Assembly (NCBI GenBank): GCA_002633005.1
Contig: NMRA01000339.1
Span: forward strand, 268,685-332,684
DNA from: Phoronis australis
Lineage: Eukaryota > Animalia > Phoronida
Reading direction: 5' to 3'
Length of the DNA stretch: 64,000 bases
Shown here: positions 48,801 to 60,800 of the stretch, one piece after another
Layout: each line of letters starts with the position of its first letter
Position numbering within the stretch: the stretch's first letter is position 1
Translations under genes and position numbers: made by a program
Notes under the pieces: model-generated
What the model was told of the DNA's origin: nothing
The model's database searches: none
What the model saw: only the letters and a program-made list of their open reading frames with translations

Positions 48801-51800
48801 CGTACTGCTGTTCACTGCCAGCACCCGTGGCGGTGTTACGGCAAACTATTCAGTGTTTCTGACAGCACTCACATATGGCACGTAAATATATTCCATCTAA
48901 ATGCAATTATTACAGATTAAACATTGTTTCGTTTTCAGAGACTCCTGGATGACTTTTGACTTACGTGGCAGTTACATGAGGATAAAACGCAATTATAGAC
49001 GCAGGATTAGAGAGACGGCACGGAGGGTCGTAACGCGAGCGAATACGCCGCCTATCGCAAAGTCTGTTTTTCTGGAAGAGTATAATATTCGCAAGTCAAA
49101 GGGTCAGTTGGAAATTGAACACGAGGTAAGACAACCGTTTCGTAGTTTTCCGTCAGATTAAAAATGGCAGATTTATTGCCCAATGCTGAAAACTCAGGAA
49201 AAATTCAAATGTTTTCGGAAATGTTTAAAAGGTTGCAGTGTATACCAGGTAAATTGAAGCTTGCAAGTTCATTTACATGTACGTTAATTTGCTTCAGATA
49301 ATTCAGATGAGACTTGGACGTTTAGAAAAGAAGTCAACTTCTACCGGTAAGTGTTGAACTCAATCTGCATATGCATACAGTATAGAGGCCATTTTGCTGT
49401 GATAAATAATATTCAGTGAAATATGATCAATGTAAGTGGTGATTGGTGTGAATAATTATCAAATCTGTAGAGGGTTATGTTTTGAACGTTATCGTAGTAA
49501 CACCAAATACATCTGTTGACTAAAACACGGAAGACAGGGTTCCCATTGAAAGCAGTGACAACTGATGAGGCTACCCTCATTGTAAATATTACAATAATAA
49601 ATAACTGAATTTAAATGAAAGCGTCTACTAAGTGAACTGCACTATTGTGTTGTGTATAAGTTCAGCAGTATTCATACACCTATTATTTCAGAGGTATAAT
49701 TTCCATAAGCTGGTTTTGTCTGATTGTCTTACTTCAAAATTTTGGTGCAGTTGCTAAGCAATAAAATTTAGCCACTAAGATCTTGTTTGCCGTGATGCCA
49801 ATAATGGTCACTGAGCAGAAAGGCGATAGCTCTGACCTGTCCATCAATCTAATAATTCCAGTCAATCAGGTCAGTCAACGACAGCCATCTTTGTCCTTAT
49901 ACACTGGTTGCGAACGAAGGCGCTAATTAAGACGGCTTTACAGTGCATTATGGGAATTGCAATTGCAGAGATTCAGATAACGAACCAGGAAAAAGGTCTT
50001 GTGACTGTTGTAGCAGACATCAGGATCAGAAGAAGAATAACGTACATTTATAAATGAATCATATACTATTATCGACGGAGAAAGAAATTTCCTTTCATCA
50101 CAAATGTTTCTTTAATAGCATATGATGTGAATTAGCAACTATACATGAAATCTATGGGGAACATGGCCTTGCCGATGACCTACGACAGTTACATAAGACC
50201 ACCAGTGGACACCATAGAAATCATTTAATGAAGTCAAATTGCGTAGATGTAGTTTTCTCGTCATCATTTGGGATAACAAAAACATTATCGGAGCGTCTAA
50301 TCTTGTAAATGTAAAACCTGACTACTGCACCCACGGTGTCTGTTTACTATGCCGACCATTGGCGTGCCAATGGGCTAGCGTTGTCTACGAACGCTGGGCT
50401 CAAAGGCTTTGTCTCATGGATTTTCCGCTATCCTTGTAACTGTCTTGCCCTTCCCTATGGCTCATTTTGGTAACGCGGCTTTTGCATAGAAACAGTCTCA
50501 TTGAAATATAATCAGAATACATCAGTCGAAAGTTGGTCTTCCGCTATTTCGAGACATAACCTTTTAATTTTTCCCTAGGACTCCAAGGTTGTTAAATCTT
50601 AAAAATAAAATTCACATTTAGTTCACATTACTACCACGAACCATAATCTCTGTTTCAGCCGACACCAGCGCCTCTAGTGACACCACGTCTCTCAGCATGT
50701 GTGGTACGAACACCTTCTCTCAAAAACGTGACGTCAGGCGGGGTAACATTAGAGGAGTTTTCATTGACGTAGGTTAAACTCGCCGAAGCTGCCCAAAATA
50801 CATCCTCTTTAATTTCAAAGTTAAGACTCCGCTAGTTTTTATGCTATGCAAAACACTTCACGATCTCTTACCAAAGTAAAAAACGATTCGTTGCCCCAGA
50901 GAAGTAATTATGGTAACCTTATCAGTCTCCACAAGGCACTTACCAGCACAAAGAAGCCTTACTGTGCACAATTTTATTGCCAAAACCTGTCGTGCGTGAG
51001 AAGTGTACGTGTGTGGTTGTTGTTCAACTTCCCAGGTTGTTCATGCATGGTTAAGTGTTCCTGTGGTGCGTGATAAGTGTAGGGTTCTGCTCCGTGGTAG
51101 TATATGTTACGCAGCCCTTAAAGGTAATGGTTCGATTACATCTGTGTCAATGTCACAGATGAACTACACACGTGTATGTACTATTCTGCGAATTGTTGTT
51201 ACCACTGAAGCATATATATAGATTATTACATGACGAAGTCGTTATCCCCCGTTATCTAGAGCCCGAGTGGATTTTGAAGAATTATGATAAAATCGCGTCA
51301 TTATCCAAAGTTGCACACTAATTCGATCCATGTTCTCAGTCGTTATCCCCCGTTATCTAGAGCCCTCGTGGATTTTTTCGGGCGATAATTCTCCAAAATC
51401 CACTCGCGATTTTATCATGACGCACGCAAAATTCCATTGTACACCCGCGCCCCGGAGATTGAGGCCATACATTGAACCTTTCAACGACAATTAGGCCTTG
51501 ATATTTGGCCAATCCTGCCGATTGTCCAGATGGCTAGCATGATCGAGCAATTTTTCATTTGTCCAGCAGACAGTAGCGTTTGGTCATTTTTGCCGCCGAC
51601 ACCGGAAAGGTCTTCCGATAATCTCCCGATGATCGCCCGACTGCCGGCAATTAAGACAGTTTTTCTAACAAAAACTCATCGGATCGGCGTCAGAAACTTT
51701 GTGCGACCTAGTTATTTCAGAGGATGGAAACGATTCTATGTCCGCGTTTCAAAATTCCAGCTATACCCTCACCCCTGTCCCGCACATGCAAACACCAAGC

Positions 51801-54800
51801 CTGCGGTAAAAGTTCCATATCGCGCCACTTAACTCCACGAATTTGTTTCCAGTAATGGAGTTTGGTCCCCTGGTACGAAGTATTTTCGGCGCATGTACGA
51901 AGTTCACGGGCCCGGCTATGATGGAATTTACACCGCCGGTTTGATGTTTGCTGATCCGGGACTGGGGTACGGGGGATTGATACTGGAATGTTAGAGATCC
52001 ATCCATGAAATCGTTCAAACCCGACCTCATGGTACCCAGAAAAAAGTAAAGTGTTTACCCCCGATTAAGCCATCTAAATGAAAAGTTTCAACTGAAATAG
52101 TAAAATAGTCATACTTTGAAAATATGCATTTATTTATTTTCTACTGCTTTCTGTCCCCGCGTTTTACTTAATGTCATGTTATATTTTATTTTCTTGCGTC
52201 GACCTTGGGTGCCAAATTTTCTAAAGCAAATCTGAACTCTATTAGTTTTGTTTTGTAGGGGTATAATACAAAAGAAAAATTCTTGCCAATAACAGAAGTC
52301 AAAGCCACTACTCACAGAGATTTCTGGAAGACTGTGTGGGACTGCAACATTCAAGCCATCGTCTTGTTAAGAGACTGTTCATACATGGGAGAGGTTTGCC
52401 ATTTTAAACGTAATTGCATTTCACTGGCACCACTTTCATCTTCCTTTGGCTATTGTAAAAATGACATACATGTACATGTATACTTGACAGCACTATTATC
52501 TTCCAAATACAACGAGTTGTGTATTCTTACGGCTCTTTACTGTGAAAGGTGTTGTTTTACTTTCTGAAGTTCATAATATGTACACTTACAAATTGTGGTG
52601 CCTTGACATATAGGCTATATACACGGTCTCCATAGTCTTTTTTTCCACTGTGTCTTGTTGGCTGCACTTGAATCTCTTACGCTGATTCAGCCAATCGACA
52701 TATTTACGTCTGAGGTGCATTCTGTACACCAAGTTTCTTTTGGGTTTGGCGAGATCATACAAGAGCTCGCAAAATTACGCTAGTGGAAGTCTAGTGTTTT
52801 GCGAGTAAGCTTGCGACGATACTGGTGCAACCTCGATCCAGCAGCCGCCACTCATAAATCATTAGTCGGCGAGGCTGGAATGTTGAATGATAGAAAAAAG
52901 CTTTAAATAAAAGCTCCCTTTCCGTTCCAAAAAACGAGATTTCTCACCGCAAGTATCTTGCGAGTTTTATTGTAGAGGCGCTCCCGATTGTGAGCAGAAA
53001 GTCGTCATCGGGAACCAGTCAGTCCAATTTTATTGCTGGTCGACCGGGACTGCGTTCCGTAGCCCCAAGACACTAGTGAAAAAAGCTGCTGTAATCATAT
53101 GCTTGGTCTCTCATTTTCGCGAGATTTTTTTGCCTACGGAACGCAGCTCCGACTGACCCGGCCGGAGTAAAGCATAGGCCTAAACATGTACACTGATGTT
53201 TATGATTTTACTTCATACATTCGTTTTGACTTAACAGACCAGCAAAATTAGTTTTTGACTTTGTGTTTCATTTACCTTTTTCATTTGTAGTTTGAGATAG
53301 GCGGCGGTTTGGGGGGAGGCGGCCCGGGAACTACCCTACCAGTGGCTGATCCAGGATTTTGAGTTGGGGGGACGGTCAGGGCAGAGTATTAGCCAAGATT
53401 TTGCCCGTCAGACAATCGCACCACCGAACTGCCAAATGGAGTCTGGGAGAATTTTAGGAGGGCATGGCCCCTTTGGCCCCCCTCTAAATCCGCCACTGCC
53501 TACGAACGCAACCAAAAATGAATTTTAGTTTTAAAAATAAAAATGCCGTCGGCATGCCGTTTTCAGAGCTTACAGGGATATTTTTTCTTTAGAAAATTGT
53601 GGTCCCCCGAGATCCTATATTCGCCAACAATCATTCTTTTGTTTAATTAAGTTTTGTTTCACTTTCATGTGACCTAAACCAAGCATGGAATTTTAACTGT
53701 AGACAAATTTTTGCTTTTCCTCTTCTTTACAATAAACTTTCAGGCGATTACTTATTGGCCAGAGTTTGTGCGGGAAACACGCTTCTTTGGTGATCTTCGA
53801 ATTACCCTTCAGAGTAAGACGTTGTACGCTGACTACCAGGTTCGCCGACTTAGGTTAATGAAGGTAAAACTTGACATAATAGTGTACTAGTCATCTTTAT
53901 TGATTTTTATCCTAAAAACATGGTGCTCTGAAATATTTCATGATTTTTAAATCATAAAGTTGAAATACATGTACCTGGTGCTCAACCTTCGCCATTTTTT
54001 TCTTATTTACACATTTGTGAAGAATTATGACACTATGATGCATACGTAAAATTACCCAACAAGCGAAACGTTATTTGGGTATACCAATATGGGAAATGTA
54101 ATTTTAACGTCCAATTACAATACAATTCGTCAATAAAAACTTGAGTAACTGTCTTAAATCTGGTTAACTGTGTACTCCAGGAAGTTTCCCATCTTAACAT
54201 ATATAAGCATCTACGGGTATATGTAGTATGTTTCTCGATAAAACTATTTAAGAACATGATCAAAAGTGGATACAAGCCACTTAATCAAAATATCGTGAAT
54301 GAAGTAGGCAAATACAGGTGTAGCAGCTGACATTATTCCCTAACAAGGAATTAGAGATTCAAAACCAATACTTGAAACCGATCAAGCACATCACTTCGAA
54401 CAGGTGGTAAAAGTGTAGTAGTATGCCCTCCTAAAGCAAACTTGACTAATATCGGTTTTAACTTAGTCCGACATTTTTGCTTTTCTTAGACAATTTTTGG
54501 TCTTTTCTTCTTAATTCATTTTTCACGAAACAGGCCCCTGTTTAAAGGCCTAATATGGTACCAAAATGACTATTTTTATAACTAAAATACGCATTTTGAT
54601 GAAAGACACCAACATACGGTGTCATAGCATACCCCAGTCATTTAATTAAGTAGGCCTTTGACAATACAGCAGTCCCATCACGAACCCCGTTTAGCGCCAA
54701 AAAAGCTTGAGAAGGCGATTGTAGCAATCGAAGTCTATGAAATCATCATTACAACGAATTTGGCTTCCACCGTGTCACCATCGTATTAGAATCAGCGATG

Positions 54801-57800
54801 ACTGGCAGTTTAATTTAGTGCAAAAATACGTGGGAAATCAGGGAAACACATTGATTGCACATTTCATGTCAATTAATATTAAAATTGATCAAAATCATTA
54901 CCTTTAATTTTTTTTTCAATTATTTAGCACACATTCTAATACGGGCTCGTGTGGGAATCCCCGGGAGGGTGACTGGGGTCGCCGAAACAGTCGGAAAAAA
55001 CGCTTTTAGTCGTCTGAATTGTTATCAGGCACTTTTCACAATGTTTATTATAAAGTGTAGTTTGCTTGATACAAAAACTTTGATGTTAGGAACTTTGCAT
55101 TCATGTCTTCTTGAAGCCGAAGGCGTGAACGCGATTCCAGTCCGGGCCGCTGTCGAGTGTGTTCTGTACTGGAATCGGTGACAATAGGCCGTTTAATTTG
55201 GAGCAAAATACGTGAAAACGTTACAACTCATATTAGCTTGATCTTTTCGTACAAAGCAATTATGTTCAAATTCATTGAAAATTTTATATTAGAAACTTAA
55301 TTTTCAAAATAATTAGCATTGAAATCCTGCAACCAGTAGTCGCCGCCATTTTGACTTGGTCAACCTCAAAATATTTAAAATTTACTAGCAACACAATGTT
55401 GCGAGTATCAACATTAAATTAAAACTATGAAATAAAGTCTGGATTGCATAAAAACATACCGAATTATAAGGATTTGTAATCAATTGAACGTTTTAAATTC
55501 AATCAAAAAATATATTCCGATATGGGCCGCCAGTATCAGAATTCGGTTAGGCCTATGGGAACGACCCAAATCAGAATATTCCGATTTTGGCCGGATTCCC
55601 TATACGCCGGGCCGGCACAGTAACAGGAAACGTCGAAGTGTGCATTGCAGATTTTAATTATAGGCAGCAAGCTAGCTATTTGAAGAATATCGCCAAAATA
55701 CAACTAGGTAACACTGTGAATTGAGATCCGTTAGACCTAGCCTTGGTACAAAGCTGTATATAAATTTACAGCTTTGCACCGATGTAGGTAAAAAGTGGTA
55801 AGATAAAATGTGACACAAAATTAGTGTCATTAAAACTACAGTCTTCTTTGAGTAAAATAAATATAGATTATTACATGGCGAAGTCGTTATCCCCCGTTAT
55901 CTAGAGCCCGATGAGATTTTGGAGAATTATCGCCCGAGGGGAGTTAGCCCCGAGGGTGATAATTCTCCAAAATCCACGAGGGCTCTAGATGAGGGGGATA
56001 ACGACTGTGAACATGTAATAATCTATTTATACCACATAACTGAACGAGAAACATTGCAATGAATCGATCTACCTTTCTCGACTCGCCTCGGCTTTGTAAC
56101 TACTTTCTATGTCAGAGGCCCGGGGTCGGAGGTCGTGACCCTTTAAGAAAAGCCGATCTATTTTTGTCAAATAATGCTTTTACTCAAAACCAATTGAAAA
56201 ATAAAACAAAATAGAAATAAAGTGAATCTATAAATTAAGGTTTAGCAACTATTATAGCTTACTACACATTTATCACGCTAAGCTTCGACCGGGAAAATAT
56301 CGTCTGCTAAAGTAGGCTACCACTAGTAACTGTCTATAATGCTCAAGTCAAAGGATCCCGACGACACTATACCCGCATTCAAATTGGAGATCGGTGATTT
56401 ACAAGTGAGAGAACACGAGAGAGAAATTTCACTGAATTAAAATATAGTTTTGATGCGTCTTTTTTGTAGCGTGTAAATGTCGGTGCAATTCCCTTTGCTG
56501 AACATGCGGTTGTTGCGCGTGCTCATTTAAGTATTCAATTTTCACGTTCGATGACGTCAGCCGCTGAGTGGTGTGGTGGTAAAGTCGGCGACTCGAAACA
56601 CTTGAGGCCCGGGTTCGAATCCGGCCTCGGTTTCCCGCCAAAAGTTATCTCACTAGATAACTTTATCTCACTAGTGAGATGTATGGGTTATTACACGGTT
56701 GTATCTGCCATTCGAGGCTAGTATTGTGGTATAAACTATTTTACGGTGTTAGAGAAAAATTGGCGTTCTACCATTATTCTGCTGCTAAAGTTGTGGAGCG
56801 ATCTTTAGCGACGGCTTTCGGCGATATGAAATATTGCGTGACCTATTGGCCAGTGTCTTTTTCGCCGATTCTTCAATCAACTGATCTTCTTTCACGAGGT
56901 TGCGTACACGTCACAACAAATTATCGGAACTGGTTTCACTTCATTATAAGTTTTTAGAATTTTGATACCGAAAAACTGACTTTCAGAAGAAATTTTGCTG
57001 CTGCCAAGCTATCATCATCTCCCGAGAGATATCACAAAAATTTAGGAAATGGCGCGTGCGCGTGACACGAGCGTACTGTTTCCAAAACGACGACATACTT
57101 TTCATTGTTAGAAAAGGCGGAGAGTTACGCAAGAAAATGACGTTTATTGCATTGTTTTTCACTTAAACGGCTGTAACGGGCAAGGTGAGTGTCGGTTGAT
57201 TCCCAGATTTTGCATGCACCCCGTCCGGTCTTTAGCTTTACATCTTGATACAAGTTTTACGGCGAGGTGACGAGCAGAACTACCCTGGCTGTGTGCAATT
57301 TCGGGTTCTACGGAAGAAATACACACAGTGGTACCTATCTGTATTTTGACGACCGTCTTCATACAGCTAGCTGGCTGGCTACGTTAGACCACGGAATTTC
57401 ATACAGGCCGATGCATAAGTTCTATTAGTCAACTCGTCGTGAAACTTATATCGCAGAGCCAACGACCGACGGAGTGCATGTAAAATCTGGGAGAAAATTC
57501 TGACACTTACCTTGCCCGTTGCCAGCCGCTTAAATGAAAAACGTCATTTTCTAGCATACATGTAATTCTCCGCCTTTTGAGTTTTGTAACAAAAAGCCTG
57601 TTGTCGTTTTGTAAGAAGAACGCTCGCGACAAGCGCACGCGCCATCTTAAGACATCTCTTATGACAGCTTCGTAGCAGCAAAGTTTGATCTAAAACTCGG
57701 TTTCCTATTCTTAAAAATGGGAAAAACTTGTAACGAAATCGAACCAGCTCCAACAATTTGCTGTGACATGTACACAAAGTCGTGGCAGCACAGGTTATAG

Positions 57801-60800
57801 ACAACTATAGCCTATGGTGGCAGCGAAGAACAGTTGACAGCGGAATAAACGGAGGAAAAGAAACTGTTCACGTCAGGTGACGCAATCGCCGAAAGCCGAC
57901 TCACAAGAGAGCACTTCAATTTTAATAGTAGATGAGCGGTAGAACGCCAATTTTTCCAACACCGGTAAGCTAAATAATTTAGTTTACTCAAAGAAGAACT
58001 GGTAACTTTTAATGACACTACTTTTGTGCTAGATTTCATTTAGTCATTTTACCAACATCGGCGCAAAGCTGTAGCTTTTGTGTACAGCTTTGCACCTAGC
58101 ATGAGCACAGACCTTGCTGATGGGAATTTTGTCGCCAGTCCTTGTGGTGGATACGAATATATTCCACGCACGGCAAAGGACGGGATCGGTGTGGAAGTCG
58201 TGCATATGTGTGCCATTACCGCTGAAACTGCTACACGGTACACCACCCAAGGCGGCATTTTAGCCCAGAGAAATGGCACTCAGCTGGTACGCAGTGTGGC
58301 TTCCGAGTAATTTCGTGGCCACGATGATGTCATATGTACCACTTTACGCTGATTGGTTGAGACTTTTTCTGGGGCGATCGAAGGGGCTACGAATTATGGG
58401 CGGTGTAATTTGCGTCGCAATTAATTACTTTCTGTGGTATGTAAGAAGAAAAACAATATTTTTTATGAACAATTCATACACTTCTGGTGTCAAAAAGGTG
58501 TTTAAGCCGCTGGATGCTGGCGTTAAGGTGATTGTCCTTGAATGACGTCACAGAAGTGACAGAGCAATTCAATGTCTACGTTGTTAGTCAATTTTCGGGC
58601 GTGTACAGGAGTTACATCCTTAGAACTGTCTACATAAAAATTGTTTTGGTGTTTTAACCTTGAGAATATGTGTTTGACGTTGACATTGATCAGGAAGCAT
58701 TTAAATTTCAGGAAGGCTCACTTGAGAATCGAGACATTCTCCATTTCCGACTGCTTGATCTCGATGTAGATGGTAAAAATCTAAGAACTTTGGAACTGCT
58801 CAATTTTATGAAGCTCGTTAAAGTCACCTGTTCAGACGTGACAGCGCCGTTTATTATTCATGGAAGGTAAATTCTAAACCAGAGCACTTATCTTCACAAA
58901 GGTAAAACTAGACGCTAATTAGGAGTCACATGATGTCATTTATTTTGACCACGATTTAAAAGGGACGCAGTCGGTTTTAAGGCCGAAAAGACATGTCTTG
59001 CTTTTTCTTCAGTTACCGGCCAATCATTTTTATTGTTTCTTCACTGCCAATCAGGTTGGATTTCTTTTGATTTTTAGTCTGTGTTAGCCCAACAGTTTTT
59101 TTAATTGATATTCCCTTGAGAACGAATAACAAAGTTTATTCGAAACGTCGCTGCCATTTTATCTTGTAATAATTTAATTTTCACATGGTGTACCGAAAGA
59201 TCTCAACTGTTGTCTGGATCTTACAAATACGTTTGTAATTTGCGTGACTTTGGTGAATTGAGGAATAGGCTAGCAGAAAATAATTGCATGCGCTGGCAGT
59301 CTGTATGTGTTCCTTCCTGGACAGTCTAATGCTCTGATCCACGAATCATGTCGCTTAAATGTGATCCCCATGGAGTCCCAAAAATTAGTAACATTAGCGT
59401 AAGTCACAGAGTATCATTTCAGCCCCTCACTCAGTGCAATCTACATAGCCTGCGAAATATCTCTGAAACAACTGGAAATTAAGAAGAACGTCTCCATATT
59501 CTTCACTGTGATGGCGATGTTAGTTAACGTGCCAGAAGAGATACTGGTTCTCAACAAGGTAAGATATGGTACTGCAACTGAAAGTGCCTTAATACGCCAG
59601 CACCTAGGCACTATTGGCTAGAACCTACAGTTACACGTAGTTCGTAACCAACACTTTGCCATTAATGTGTTGGCAAAAGGCAACCTGTCTTATTTTTAAA
59701 GTATATTTTAATATCAACGATTAAAATCATTGATTGTTTAAAAACATTCAAAGATTGATAACCCATTCACGTCACGTGAGCTTCTTGGAGATGAAATGTC
59801 GTCTAACATTTACTACTGCTACTCGTTGACGTGATTAGGTTCAATGGTATGATATTCCATAGCACTGCTGAAGGTGAAAAAACATTCTTTACTCTACTTA
59901 GAAGTTCCGTTGTCGCCAACTTGTTGGCCTCTGGTGTTTTGCTGTATGGGAATGATAATATGTGTATTGTAGTTGATAGATATCACTTTTCCGCTGTCAC
60001 ACATATGTTCCACATATTGACGGTTAGTCTAGTTACTAGCGACATCTAAACAGGTGATTTTTACCATTTTCAGTTGGGTAGGTTTTTCTGTCCTATCTTC
60101 CGTTCGTATTTTCGTGATGATTCACAAGAAGTTTTTGTGTCCCACAAGCACTGTTTCGTGTTTGCTCTCAGTAAACCGTTAATCTGCGCTGTAAGACTCC
60201 CAAGCCTAAATATGTTTCTGTACTTTCGTTAGCTGCAAAATACTGATGGCCAAGATGGATGAAGATCACAACGTTTACATTTTCCCTCGCCATGATAGGT
60301 TGCTTGGCATGTTCGAACTGTCCATTCATAGAAAAAATCTTATCTTCTTCCACTTCCATTTCATTCTCTAGTCATGTCATGTGTTCGCCTTCAATCAGTC
60401 GTTTCCATCTCAGATAGCTTGACTCGGTAGACGCGTACTGGATTTATGTACAACATAAACTTGTTTCTGGAAGTAAAACACATGTGAGTTCCTGCTAATG
60501 GTCGACCTCACTCGTAATACGTTCATAACCCATTCTTTTCGCAGGACGACTATCTCGATGTCTACCGTCTCATTGCCATCTATTCACGTTGCGGCAACAC
60601 CACGTGTAGGCCAGACCAAGTAGTGGGTGTATGTACCCAACTATCCCAGAAGAACCGGAGGACGGGGCGCACAGGATTCCAGCAGGAATTGCAAGTAAGG
60701 CTGCAACTTTTATACGTTTTGCTATTTTGTGCGCCTTAATTGTTCCTGTAGAAAGGCAAAATCTTCCTTTATTAGCACCGTGTTCTTGAAATCGATGGCA

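Noticed and set aside
56563-56631. Functional tRNA gene
   Set aside because: The anticodon and D stems do not pair; better explained as a SINE head or pseudogene.
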